Origin: an uncultured Poribacteria bacterium
Lineage (GTDB): Bacteria; Poribacteria; WGA-4E; WGA-3G
Direction: 5' to 3'
Assembly: GCA_958296135.2 (NCBI GenBank)
Contig: CATQHZ020000001.1
Span: forward strand, 4,768,001-4,832,000
Length of the DNA: 64,000 nucleotides
This document shows, piece by piece, positions 10,516 through 20,065 of this stretch. How positions within the stretch are numbered: position 1 is the stretch's first letter; each line of letters starts with the position of its first letter. The notes beneath the pieces are model-generated. The model made no database searches and was not told the DNA's origin. It saw only the letters and a list, made by a program, of their open reading frames with translations. A program made the position numbers and the translations under genes.

Positions 10516-11706
10516 TTACCCTATCCGCTCCGTTCGCGGAGCAGTAACCAAACTTACTAGCAGTGCCATGCCGTAAACCATGCAGGTTTCATCAATATCA
10601 AACTGCGGATGATGGCACATGTTCACGATGCCTTTCTGTTCATTCCCTGCGCCGAGCATGATGAAACAAGCCGGGATTTCCTGCGAATAGCAGCCGAAAT
10701 CCTCGCCGCCGAGCACGGGGGCCATCGGGAAAACGATGTTCTCTTCTCCAACTAACCGGCGCGCAGCCGAAAGCGCAGCGGTAACGCACGACTCATGATT
10801 GTAAGTCACCGGACAGCCTTCCTGATAGGCAAATGTATATGTTGCATCATAGGCAGCCGCCACGCCTGCAAGGCGGCGCTCTAATGCCGCTTTGATGTGC
10901 GTCTGCACAGTTTTTTCCAACGTGCGCACGGTGCCACCGAGCTCCACGGCGGCAGGAATAACGTTCTTGGCATCGCCGCCGTGGAACTGCGTCACACTGA
11001 CGACAGCGGAGTCTAGCGGATTAACGTTCCGTGCAACGATGGATTGCACCGCCGTCACAAACTGCGCGCCTATCACAACCGCATCTACGGTGAGATGGGG
11101 GAACGCAGCATGTCCGCCTTTGCCGGTGAGAGTTACCTCAAACGTATCCGATTGCGCGAGCATCGGGCCCGTGCACGTAGCATAGTGGCCAACAGGAAAG
11201 AGCGGAAAAACGTGGAGGCCGTATATTTCGTCCACCTCTTCCAGCACGCCGTCGGCCATCATCGCCGTCGCGCCACCGGGGAATACCTCCTCACTGGGTT
11301 GGAAAATGAATCTGACGTGTGCCTGGCGCTGGTTCTTGAAGTGTGAGAGAATTCTCGCTGCGCCGATGAGCATCGCCGTGTGCGCGTCGTGCCCACAGAG
11401 ATGTGCCTTGCCATCAAACTTTGAGCGATACGGACTCTCCGTGAGCTCCTGAATGGGGAGGGCATCCATATCGGCGCGGAGAGCAATCCGTCGCGTTGCA
11501 CCCGGTGCCTCCAAGTCCCCGACAACACCTGTTCTGCCAACCCCGGTTCTCACCGGTATGTTGAGCGCGCGCAGTGCGTCCGCCGCAATACCCGCGGTGC
11601 GTTCCACATCAAAGCCCAATTCAGGGTGCTGATGGATATCGCGCCGGATGGCGACGATGTCATCAAAATGGCGGTGGCACTGTTCAAAAATTACGTTTTT
11701 CATCAT
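10516..11706 (-). CDS. M20D-family amidohydrolase
   Basis: HQHPELGF, LRADMDALP, HLCGHDAH, FQPSEE, GKGGHAA, GGEDF, HHPQF. Confidence 0.93.
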   Translation of the reverse strand: MMKNVIFEQCHRHFDDIVAIRRDIHQHPELGFDVERTAGIAADALRALNIPVRTGVGRTGVVGDLEAPGATRRIALRADMDALPIQELTESPYRSKFDGKAHLCGHDAHTAMLIGAARILSHFKNQRQAHVRFIFQPSEEVFPGGATAMMADGVLEEVDEIYGLHVFPLFPVGHYATCTGPMLAQSDTFEVTLTGKGGHAAFPHLTVDAVVIGAQFVTAVQSIVARNVNPLDSAVVSVTQFHGGDAKNVIPAAVELGGTVRTLEKTVQTHIKAALERRLAGVAAAYDATYTFAYQEGCPVTYNHESCVTAALSAARRLVGEENIVFPMAPVLGGEDFGCYSQEIPACFIMLGAGNEQKGIVNMCHHPQFDIDETCMVYGMALLVSLVTAPRTERIG

Positions 11707-11746
11707 AGCACGACTCTGTCAGGACTTAGCAAATGCCATCATTGGT

Positions 11747-13321
11747 TTAAAAGATGAAGGTTCGTCTCAGAATACTCCGATGCCCCTGTTCATTCTCAAG
11801 CCGATAGATGACGGTATACACCCCCGGCAAGGTGGCAAAGGCGGCACTGTCAAGTGTCGGAGTCAATTCAATTGCCGTTGTGCCATCATCAGGGATATCC
11901 CAATGCGCTGTCATAGGGCCGTAGCACCGCTCGCCGAGGGGATTGAGGACTTTCCACGTCAGCGTTAACCGCTTGGGCCGCGGCGGATTGTTCACATACA
12001 CCGTAATCCTGTCATCCAAATTCCCTTTGGCGGCACCGAGTGTGCCGAGCTGAGATAACATTTTCTCTGTCAATGTCATCGGCGGCACGTATTCTAGGTA
12101 ACCTTTGCCGGGGATGGCGCGCCAGGTACCGCCTGTCGCCAATGCAAGCTGTTTGACAGGCAGATAGTCAAGCCCGATGACATCTACGCGGATGTTCTGT
12201 TGCTGGAGGGTTTCAATTACCTCGTCTAAACTGTAGGCAGAGCGGCCGTCGTAATCCGCGTCGTGAAACGCCGCGTCACTAGCAAAGAGGAAAAGCCGTT
12301 GCGCGCCGCGCCGGAAGGGACGCTGCGTGACAGCTGCCATGAGTGCGTCTAAGCCGGCTTCTGTCAAATCTCCGCCGCCCTCAACGCGTATCTGAAACAG
12401 CCAATTTTTGAAGGTGCCCAGCGCATCGGTAGGGTGGAGATGGAACGCTGTCCGCACCTTATCGCTGAAAGTGACGAGACTGAAGGTGGCATCGTGTCCA
12501 TCGCGTGCCAGCGCGTCAAACAAAAACGCAACATAGGCGCGGATGCCGCGGATATTGTCGCTCATACTCCCGGTCTCATCGAGAATGAAGACGACATCAA
12601 CTTTCTTCGCTGTTGCGGCAGCAGCGAATTCACGGGCGATTTCTTTCATCATCGTGACGTAAACGCCGCCGACATTGGCAGAACCGGTAGCACTACCGCC
12701 GCCACTACCGCCACCGCCGCCCCATGAGTTGCCCATCCCTGATGTGCGGAAAACGTCGCCGCGTGTACCGGCATAATAGACGTTCGGCGCGCCCACCGAG
12801 GGCGAAGCAGCGTTGTTGAGCGTAGAGCCCTCGCTGTTTAACGCGATAGGGTTCGTTTCGCCCCGCGGCTCCACGCGGGCTGTGGTGTGTCTCGGTGGTG
12901 GCGCGACGCGCTCGGGGCGCAGGTTCACTCGGGTAGCACGCGGCGTTTCCTCGGAAATGATATGATGCGATGAAATGTCAGTTCTTCTGCCGACAGAATC
13001 TTCGCGGGCTCGGACTGTGGTGGAGACTTCCTCGTCACGCCATTCGGTGTTCAACCCGGGTATCGGTTTGGGTGGCGCGGGCGGTTTTACGATTGACGGC
13101 TCCGGTTCAACAGGCGCGGGCGGTTTGAACTCGGGTTTTGGCGGTTCCTCTTCAGGCCGATGGACATGGTAGATTGAGAGCTCCTGTCCAAACTGCACAC
13201 GTTCCAGCTGCACACGTTCTGGCACGAGTCGCCACACGCCAATGAGCAACGCGACGTGGATAAGGAGCGAGTAGAGGAGATAGTGACGGGCTGTTTTTCG
13301 GTTTTTCATAATACGATTCAT
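11747..13321 (-). CDS. Membrane-anchored VWA-domain protein with Pro/Gly-rich linker
   Basis: N-terminal TM (SLLIHVALL), Pro-rich region, MIDAS motif DVVFILDETGSM, then GGGD.TE and SDAAFH. Confidence 0.85.
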   Translation of the reverse strand: MNRIMKNRKTARHYLLYSLLIHVALLIGVWRLVPERVQLERVQFGQELSIYHVHRPEEEPPKPEFKPPAPVEPEPSIVKPPAPPKPIPGLNTEWRDEEVSTTVRAREDSVGRRTDISSHHIISEETPRATRVNLRPERVAPPPRHTTARVEPRGETNPIALNSEGSTLNNAASPSVGAPNVYYAGTRGDVFRTSGMGNSWGGGGGSGGGSATGSANVGGVYVTMMKEIAREFAAAATAKKVDVVFILDETGSMSDNIRGIRAYVAFLFDALARDGHDATFSLVTFSDKVRTAFHLHPTDALGTFKNWLFQIRVEGGGDLTEAGLDALMAAVTQRPFRRGAQRLFLFASDAAFHDADYDGRSAYSLDEVIETLQQQNIRVDVIGLDYLPVKQLALATGGTWRAIPGKGYLEYVPPMTLTEKMLSQLGTLGAAKGNLDDRITVYVNNPPRPKRLTLTWKVLNPLGERCYGPMTAHWDIPDDGTTAIELTPTLDSAAFATLPGVYTVIYRLENEQGHRSILRRTFIF

Positions 13322-13332
13322 CCCTCGTGGGA

Positions 13333-13387
13333 ACGTAGCGCGGGGGCCTGTCCGCCGCCGTGCTTACCTTGATGAACTCGCGCTACG
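13333..13387. repeat. Degenerate GTAG-REP pair
   Basis: CGTAGCGCGGGGGCCTGTCC ... CGCGCTACG, same family as the arrays at 19-38 kb. Confidence 0.6.
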
Positions 13388-13409
13388 TAAAGAGAAACTT
13401 GTTAATAAT

Positions 13410-13531
13410 TCACGCCTTTTGTGACACCATGCCCGCAAGAATGCCGAGCAGTTTGTCGCACCGTTCGATGGTGTAGACAGACATCTCTATATGGAGTTCC
13501 TGCCCTATCAATTTGAGAAAGAGCCACTCTA
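13410..13531 (-). pseudogene. 3' fragment of the IS-interrupted PD-(D/E)XK-like gene
   Basis: Translates (V)EWLFLKLIGQELHIEMSVYTIERCDKLLGILAGMVSQKA*, matching the C-terminus of paralog 20066-20671. Confidence 0.9.
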
Positions 13532-13710
13532 CCGCACTACATAACCTATGAGCATCTCGTCAAATGTAGACTTATCTGGAAACCTGTGCAAAGTCTACGA
13601 GTCTCTGAGAGGTCAGCGGTTTCCTGCTTCTTCCGCGCACACGCGGGTTCTGATGCCAGCCTACCAAAGTAGGTGTGACAGCATCTCCACAGGCGTTTAG
13701 ACTCTCGTCC
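13532..13710 (-). ncRNA. Predicted TnpB omegaRNA (reRNA) scaffold overlapping the tnpB 3' end and the element right end
   Basis: Typical GCCTGTGGAG...GAAGCAGGAA pattern; scaffold ends at the right end. Boundaries are approximate. Confidence 0.65.
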
Positions 13711-14801
13711 GTGCTAGACGCGAGTTGTCGAAGGTTTATAGCGGCGTTAACATCCCGATCTTCAACGAATCCACACACACCGCAGTGGTAGTCTCTGTCC
13801 TTGAGCGTCAGTTTGAATTCGCCACGTTTGACGTATCCACAGGAACTGCATCGCTGGGTAGAGGGCCAGAACTTATCTGCTGACACAATACGGATACCCC
13901 GGCGCACCGCTTTGTATTTAAGTTTGACGAGAAAACCACCGAGGCTTGCGTCAGCGAGTGCCTTGCTAAGCTTGCGATTTTTCATCAAACCTTTCACGGT
14001 GAGGCTCTCGATGCCAAGTGCCGAGATGCCTTGCAGGATGCGATGTGTCGCCTGATGATGCGCATCGCTACGGATATTTGCGATACGGGCATGCAGGCGG
14101 GCGAGGCGTTCCTTCGCCTGCCACCAGTTGCGGCTCAGGAACGTCTTGCGGGAGAGTGCCTTATTTGCACGGCGCAGTTTGCGTTCATTGACGCGCAAGG
14201 CACGCGGATTTTCATAGACAGTGCCATCGTCCATCGTGGCGAGGGCAGAGATGCCGACATCACAACCTGCAGGAGGCAGTGCTGACGTGTCGGGCGGTTC
14301 CGGGACATCAACTTCGACGAGGATGCTGATAAACCAGGTGCTTGCCTTTCGCGATACGAAGGCGCGGCGAATCTCGCCGACATAGCGTGGTTTCTCTCGC
14401 AACCTCACATGCCCTATTTTCGGGAGGACAGCAGCGTTGCCATCCTCCGTGATACGGACACTGCCAACCCCGTTGTCAATTTGGAACGATGGCTTTGATT
14501 TATGCGTCTTCCGCTTGGGACGATTGTTCTGTCCGGACTTCCAACGTTGGCGAGCATCCTCAAAGGCGTGGATGGCATTCTTACCGGCGTTCTGCGAGCA
14601 GTCCGCGAATTCGGGGAACACGTCACGTTTGCGAGAGTTGAATGCCTTCTTAATGTCGTAGACAGACATCCAACGCGCTGCGTCACGGGATTCCGAGTGC
14701 GCCGCATTATAGGCGACACGGGCGAAATCCACGTGACGACAGAACATCGCAACTTGTGCCTCGCTAGGTTTGAGTGCTATCTTCTGGGCTCGTAGTGCCA
14801 T
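13572..14801 (-). CDS. tnpB: RNA-guided endonuclease TnpB (IS607-type)
   Basis: RuvC I GCDVGI, RuvC II IESL, Zn finger CSSC...CGVC, RuvC III DRDVNAAINL; N-terminus RAQKIALKP. Alternative GTG start at 14828. Confidence 0.95.
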   Translation of the reverse strand: MALRAQKIALKPSEAQVAMFCRHVDFARVAYNAAHSESRDAARWMSVYDIKKAFNSRKRDVFPEFADCSQNAGKNAIHAFEDARQRWKSGQNNRPKRKTHKSKPSFQIDNGVGSVRITEDGNAAVLPKIGHVRLREKPRYVGEIRRAFVSRKASTWFISILVEVDVPEPPDTSALPPAGCDVGISALATMDDGTVYENPRALRVNERKLRRANKALSRKTFLSRNWWQAKERLARLHARIANIRSDAHHQATHRILQGISALGIESLTVKGLMKNRKLSKALADASLGGFLVKLKYKAVRRGIRIVSADKFWPSTQRCSSCGYVKRGEFKLTLKDRDYHCGVCGFVEDRDVNAAINLRQLASSTDESLNACGDAVTPTLVGWHQNPRVRGRSRKPLTSQRLVDFAQVSR

Positions 14802-14902
14802 AGCGTCACCGTTCCCGTTGGGTGTCACCTGCTGCTAGATAGGTGGGGCGAGAGACACGGCGGGATGCCGCGCCTAGCAGTCTCGCCCCCAACGGTAACT
14901 AC

Positions 14903-14931
14903 ATTCTACCACAAATCCACGCCGATAGCAA
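14903..14931 (-). promoter_or_regulatory. Sigma-70 promoter inside the IS left end driving tnpB
   Basis: TTGCTA-17-TAGAAT with extended -10 TG. Confidence 0.7.
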
Positions 14932-15002
14932 ATAAAAATGCACACTGCTAGATTAGGGCAGGTTATCCTAGTATCTCATAGAGTTCTCGCCACTGCACCG
15001 AG

Positions 15003-15486
15003 CCCCTGTCGTCGTCGCCCCATAAATGCACGGAATGTCGTTTCCTTTCTCCCCATTAAAGCGTTGGGCAGCCAGCATCTCCGCGATGCACTGCCCGAAT
15101 CCTTCCGTCAGATTGTCCCTTTTCGCCTCAACGAGGATGATGGCGGGGGCCTTCAAAGAAAGCTGGTCTGGTGACAGACTGACGAGGAAATCGCACACGC
15201 CAACGAGTCCTTTTTCATCGTCAACGTTAAAGTCAATTCCTGAAAAGAGGCTGATGCGATAGTCAAAGTGCACACAGAGTTCAACGAGCACATCAACGAC
15301 AATGAGTTCGGACTTCGCCTTCTCTGTGCCGATAGCCACGGCGAGGGGCACATTTCGCTTCAGCCCTTCCGTGAGATGGGCACTCGGTGCCACCGGTTCA
15401 ATGTCTGAAAAGATACCGCGCGACAGAACAGTTTCCAATTGAAACGTCTCCCGCACCGAGTCAAACGTAAAGTGGCTATAGGGCAT
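15003..15486 (-). pseudogene. 5' fragment of the IS-interrupted PD-(D/E)XK-like gene
   Basis: MPYSHFT...EKAKSE...GVCDF...VEAK...IYGATTTG, collinear with paralog 20066-20671 up to the insertion point. Confidence 0.9.
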
Positions 15487-15553
15487 GCGAAAAACCTCCT
15501 CTATTATCATTTAGCATAACATGTCTTTCGGCGAATTGCAAGCCATCTCGCAT

Positions 15554-16501
15554 CTACAGATGGAATTCTACCACGTCGCCATCATAAACCACATCGTTGC
15601 GGCTGACAGGTTGCCCGGCGTGCCACTGCGGGCCCCAGATGCGCGCGAATCGGAACTCGGCGAAATCTTTGTGTAAGCCGGTAGCGGCATCTAACACCGT
15701 CGCGCCAACAGGGAGAACAATCGGAGCGTCGCGTTCTATCGGTTTGCCGGGTGCTTTCGGATAGATGCGCACGATGTCTAGCGCGCCGTATAACCTTTTT
15801 AACAGCCGGTCTTTGCCGTCGCCGGTTACGGCAGAAATGGGGTAAAGCTGCACGGATTCTCCATAAAACTCAGCGAGAATCTCCAAGCGTGCCTCTGCAT
15901 CCGCCGCGTCTAATTGGTTCGCAACGACGAAGGGTGTCCCATCGCCGAGCCCCGCCTCGTCAAGCACGGCAAACACCATCTCCAAGTCATCTAACAGTTC
16001 ATCGCTGGCGAGGCTGATGACGATAAGCACCAGATCGGCGTTTCGGGCAAGCGTCAGCACCGTCGGCGAAACGAAATCTGGCACGAGGGAAGGCGTATCG
16101 ATAAGTTGGAATTGGATGTTTTCATAAGGGAGCATCCCGACGAGCGGCGCGGTTGTCGTGTAGGGTGTAGGTGAAACGTCAGGCTTCGCTTTGGTAAAGG
16201 CGGCGAGCAGCCGCGATTTGCCGACGTTCGGTGGCCCGAGCAGCACAATTTGCCCAGCACCCTGCTTCGGGATGTGTTCGCTGTATCCCTTCCGCGTGCC
16301 TTTTTTGCCACCGGCCGCCGACGCGCCCTTTTTGAGTCTGGCGATGCGCCGCCGCAGGTCGGACACAACTTTCTCTGAACCTTTGTGCTTAGGAATGATG
16401 CGCAGCATTTCCTCTAACAGCACCAGTCGTTCCGCATCGGTTTTCGCCGCTTCGTGTTCATGTTTGAGTTTATAGTACGTGGGTGGCAGGTTTGCTGGCA
16501 T
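15554..16501 (-). CDS. DRG/OBG-family GTPase with C-terminal TGS domain
   Basis: IPKHKGSE, GPPNVGKS, PYTT, IDTP, and a TGS-like tail ARIWG...DGDVVEFH. Confidence 0.9.
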   Translation of the reverse strand: MPANLPPTYYKLKHEHEAAKTDAERLVLLEEMLRIIPKHKGSEKVVSDLRRRIARLKKGASAAGGKKGTRKGYSEHIPKQGAGQIVLLGPPNVGKSRLLAAFTKAKPDVSPTPYTTTAPLVGMLPYENIQFQLIDTPSLVPDFVSPTVLTLARNADLVLIVISLASDELLDDLEMVFAVLDEAGLGDGTPFVVANQLDAADAEARLEILAEFYGESVQLYPISAVTGDGKDRLLKRLYGALDIVRIYPKAPGKPIERDAPIVLPVGATVLDAATGLHKDFAEFRFARIWGPQWHAGQPVSRNDVVYDGDVVEFHL

Positions 16502-16521
16502 GGTAGCCCTCCGCAATTCCG

Positions 16522-17058
16522 TTAGAGTTTTTGTTGTTTGAGAGTCTCCAATTCCCGAATCAGCCCATCAATCTGCTTTTGCTGTGCCGCGATTCTCGCG
16601 TCTCGCGCGCGGGCTTCGCGATGCTGCGCTTCAACTTGCTTTTGCTGCGCTTCGATTTTTGCGTTTTGCGAGCGTTCGCCTCGCCGCTGTAAGGTAGCGA
16701 TAATCTGCGGAAGCCCGACAACCACAGCAATGAACGTGAGCAACAAGAGGAAATTCCGGTCTTTCCGTTTATTCGTTTCGTCGACTTGGAGCATCACTTT
16801 CCCCGTTTCTTGGGAGGTGTGTTCCTTGCTTCGCGCCTCGGACGCGGCGATTTCCGTGCGCAGCCGTTCATGCTCCGTGCGCAGCAGTTCCATCTCCGCG
16901 CGCAGCAGTTTTTCCATTGCAGCGTTCTCCGCGCGCATCCGGTCTTCGGATTCCTTAACAATCGCACGGATTTTTTCCAAATCGTCAACATCCAGCGCAC
17001 CGAACGTTGACGTGCTTATGAGCCAGAGCCCGATGACAAAAATCAGTCCGAATTTCAT
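16522..17058 (-). CDS. Signal peptide + coiled-coil + TM hypothetical protein
   Basis: MKFGL...GALDVDDLEKIRAIVKESE; SD AAAGGAGG; paralog of 17125-17526. Confidence 0.8.
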   Translation of the reverse strand: MKFGLIFVIGLWLISTSTFGALDVDDLEKIRAIVKESEDRMRAENAAMEKLLRAEMELLRTEHERLRTEIAASEARSKEHTSQETGKVMLQVDETNKRKDRNFLLLLTFIAVVVGLPQIIATLQRRGERSQNAKIEAQQKQVEAQHREARARDARIAAQQKQIDGLIRELETLKQQKL

Positions 17059-17124
17059 GTGTGCCTCCTTTCGCAGAGCAACGCGAGAACCCGCGGCTAC
17101 CCGCCAGCGCGCGGCGCGCTAGCC

Positions 17125-17526
17125 CTATCGGAAAAGCCCCTGCTGTTTGAGCAGCTCCAACTCGCGGTTCATGCCTTCAAGCTGCTGTTGCAGTGCCTCA
17201 ATCACCCGTTGTTGCTCCTGAAGCTGCTGTTGTTGCTGGTGGAGCTGCGCGTCCCGATCTCGCTCTTTGCGCAACTGGAACGCAACGAGCGTCAGCGGAA
17301 TACCGGTAACTACAGCAACAAACCCAAATAGAGCCACTAGCAGCGTGAAGTTCCGGTCCAACTGCTTATTCATCCGAGCCTCGGACGCAGCGTTCTCCGC
17401 GCGCAACCGGTCTTCGGATTCCTTAACAATCGCACGGATTTTCTCCAAATCGTCGACATCTAGCGCACCGAATGCCAACGGCCCTCCGAACCATATTGAC
17501 ATCAAAAAAAACAACCCAAATTTCAT
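17125..17526 (-). CDS. Signal peptide + coiled-coil + TM hypothetical protein (tandem paralog)
   Basis: Same N-terminal block and RBS as 16522-17058. Confidence 0.8.
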   Translation of the reverse strand: MKFGLFFLMSIWFGGPLAFGALDVDDLEKIRAIVKESEDRLRAENAASEARMNKQLDRNFTLLVALFGFVAVVTGIPLTLVAFQLRKERDRDAQLHQQQQQLQEQQRVIEALQQQLEGMNRELELLKQQGLFR

Positions 17527-17576
17527 GTGTGCCTCCTTTGGAGCGGTGATGATGCCGCTTGCTCAAACTTTACATT

Positions 17577-17661
17577 AGTTTAACATATATTCCCGCGCGT
17601 TGCAAGTTATTTTTGCTGTCTGAAACCTCAGGTTGCAATCTGTTTCAAAATCCTTTACAAT
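17577..17661. promoter_or_regulatory. Divergent sigma-70 promoters
   Basis: Minus strand TTGCAA-17-TAAACT (17605-17577); plus strand TTGCAA-17-TACAAT (17633-17661). Confidence 0.6.
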
Positions 17662-17702
17662 AGAAATGTTTATACACTATAGGATACACCCAACTGGAAC
17701 GT

Positions 17703-19364
17703 ATGCAAATCATCTACGCAATTCTGGGATTCATTTTTATAGCCGCTAGCACGGTGTGGGGTGCGCGAGGAGATGAACTGCTCTCTCTCGTGCAGTCGGC
17801 GGCACTGGAGGCGCATGTCCTCGCATTGCAGGAAAACGTGCGGCTTTTTCCCCATCCACTCGCCTACCGGACGCGCAGCGCACACCATCGTGAGGCAACC
17901 GAAAATGTTGTCCGATACATCAAAAGCCAATTTCGGCGCGCACCAAGGTTAGTGATAAGTGAACAGGTTGTCGGAGGTATCCGGAATGTCGTCGCGGTTC
18001 TGCCGGCAGCGCGCTTACAAAGCGCACCTACGGTAAAAAAAGGAGAACCTACGAACCATCAAGACCGGGAGAGCACCCCTACAGGGAAGCGGGTTTTTCT
18101 TATTTGCGCGCATTATGATACGCAGGCAGACCGGGAACCGGGCTGGAACCCTCTCGCATCTCGCGCACCAGGAGCGAATAAGAATGGCACCGGTATCGCC
18201 GCGCTGTTGGAAATTGCTGATCTGCTGAGTCAATACGAATATGAACACGAGATTCGGTTTATTGCGTTGGGAGGTGAGGAGCTCGGATTTATGGGGAGTC
18301 GGAATTATGTGCGAGCCCGCTTGGAAAGCGAACCCGCGACATCTGAAGACATCACCGCTGTGTTCAACCTTGATATGCTCGGGTTTAACTGGAAACGCGA
18401 CCTGGTGGAAGTAGTCACAAACAAGGACTCGGCGTGGATAAGCCGAGCACTAACGATTGCGAATACGTGGTTTGACATCGAGCTCAAAATTCGCCGAACG
18501 CAAGATGAATTCGTCGATATCTCCTCACATCGCTCATTCTGGGACGCAGGTTACAATGCCGTGACGCTCATCGAGAGCTCCACGCCGTGGCGCGATTCGC
18601 AGCACTACGACGCAAACCCCTTCTATCATACCGCCCGGGATACCGCTGATAAGGTGAACTTCGGGCTGGTGAGAAAAGTGACGCAACTGGTGCTGGTGAC
18701 AGTGGATAGCCTCCTGACTGATATGTTTCAGCCGACGCGGCGGAACCCGAAAATTACGGTTGAGATAGCGCGCGGACAAAGCGCGTTTACCGGGGATGCA
18801 GAAGATGCGCGCGGACAAAGCGCGCCTACCGGGGCTATCGTTACGCAGAGTCCCGTGCAGATTCACGGCACGTTTGAATCCGATTTCCCGATTGACATCG
18901 TTGTGCATCCAAGCCAGGTGACAGCAGAGATAGACAGAGAAGCGCGCACCTATGCCGCAACGATACCCCTGGCACCCGGTGAAAATGTGCTTCGGATAAC
19001 GGCGCGGCATCCGCTCGGGGCGACATCGGTGGCGCAGACTGTCTTTTTCGAGCAGCCGTTCGCGTGGGAGGAAGTCGTGGTATTCCCGAATCCTGCGCGC
19101 AACCAGGGGCTTACCGAATTCCGAGTGCAAGCGAATCTCGCTATGAGTACGATGGACGTTGCCGTCTACGACGCGCACGGCAATCTGATTAAACGGATTG
19201 AGGGCGTCGCCGACCGGCTCGACCGGCGTGTCTGGCGGACATGGTGGAATCAGCAAACATCGTACGGATTGGCGGTGTCGGCGGGGGTGTATATTTGTCA
19301 TATATCGGTTGTTGCGAACGGGGAACGGTATAGGTATGTGGAGAAACTCGCGATTTTGCGGTGA
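17703..19364 (+). CDS. Secreted M28-family peptidase with C-terminal FlgD/Ig-like domain
   Basis: Signal peptide; CAHYDT, APGANKNGTG, GEELG, NLDMLG, YHT..D; C-terminal FPNP...AGVYI. Confidence 0.88.
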   Translation: MQIIYAILGFIFIAASTVWGARGDELLSLVQSAALEAHVLALQENVRLFPHPLAYRTRSAHHREATENVVRYIKSQFRRAPRLVISEQVVGGIRNVVAVLPAARLQSAPTVKKGEPTNHQDRESTPTGKRVFLICAHYDTQADREPGWNPLASRAPGANKNGTGIAALLEIADLLSQYEYEHEIRFIALGGEELGFMGSRNYVRARLESEPATSEDITAVFNLDMLGFNWKRDLVEVVTNKDSAWISRALTIANTWFDIELKIRRTQDEFVDISSHRSFWDAGYNAVTLIESSTPWRDSQHYDANPFYHTARDTADKVNFGLVRKVTQLVLVTVDSLLTDMFQPTRRNPKITVEIARGQSAFTGDAEDARGQSAPTGAIVTQSPVQIHGTFESDFPIDIVVHPSQVTAEIDREARTYAATIPLAPGENVLRITARHPLGATSVAQTVFFEQPFAWEEVVVFPNPARNQGLTEFRVQANLAMSTMDVAVYDAHGNLIKRIEGVADRLDRRVWRTWWNQQTSYGLAVSAGVYICHISVVANGERYRYVEKLAILR

Positions 19365-19375
19365 GCCGCTCCTTC

Positions 19376-19850
19376 CCGTAGCGCGCGGGCCGTCACGGCC
19401 ACGCCTGCAGAGCGCGAGGGAAAACCCGGCGAACACCAATCGCCGAGGGGAACCCTCGCGAGCGTGGACCGAAACAAAAACGCCACCTTCCACCGAAACA
19501 AAAACGGCCCCTTGAACCGTAGCGCGAGGGCCTGTCCCTCGCGATCGTGGGTCGAAGCGAAAACGCCACTACTACCGGCCCTAGCATGGCGCGGCACAGG
19601 ACCGCGCCCTACGGTTCAAGGGGGCCCTTCCCCTCGCGAGCCCACGACCGACACAAAAAACGCCAATACCAACCCCGCGCGCCCCCCTTGATAGACCCAC
19701 GCATGCGAGGCACAGGCCCTCGCCCTACGGACTAAGGACCACCGTCCCGCGCAATCCCCTCGATAGACCCTAGCATGGCGAGGCACAGGCCCTCGCCCTA
19801 CGGACTAAGGGAGCCCTCCCCTCGCGATCCCCCAACCGAAACGAAAACGC
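19376..19850. repeat. REP/REPIN array
   Basis: GTAGCGCGAGGGCCTGTCCCTCGCG on plus and GTAGGGCG(C/A)GG..CTGTGCC(G/T)CGCCATG on minus, with A/C-rich spacers. Confidence 0.9.
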
Positions 19851-20065
19851 CACTTCCACCGTTTTGCGCTGCTTCGCAAAAGCAAACTACTGGCCCACGT
19901 AAACTCCCGCATCAGACGCGTTTAACAATTTGCAATTGCCCCCAAAACATGGCATAATTAAAGAAGACAGCATCCCATTTTTCTATAGGACGCAGAACCG
20001 AGACGAACAACGTAACGGACGCGGTTGAAAACCGCGCCTACCGGAGGGAATAAGGTGATTTCATC

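Larger units (their letters stand above)
13532..15002 (-). mobile_element. Non-autonomous IS607-type element (tnpB only) inserted at a GG dinucleotide
   Basis: Junctions ACAGG[GG]|CTCGG...GTAGTGC[GG]|TAGAG. Removing the element restores ACA GGG GTA GAG TGG and a 606-bp ORF. No tnpA present. Confidence 0.88.

Noticed and set aside
14812-14897. HDV-like ribozyme in the tnpB leader
   Set aside because: The pairing order is similar, but the short P3/L3 consensus, P1.1, P4 and the catalytic C context are missing.
13532-15002. IStron (group I intron plus IS607) that could splice out of the host gene
   Set aside because: Only about 200 bp lie upstream of tnpB, filled by a promoter and a small leader. 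There is no recognisable group I core and no U at the 5' junction.
14968-15510. Intact 180-aa gene as given in the ORF track
   Set aside because: The last 11 codons are read-through into the IS left end; the true C-terminus is at 13410-13531.
18534-19493. Long antisense ORFs such as 18534-19493 and 50955-51899
   Set aside because: Shadow frames of well-supported genes in GC-rich DNA.
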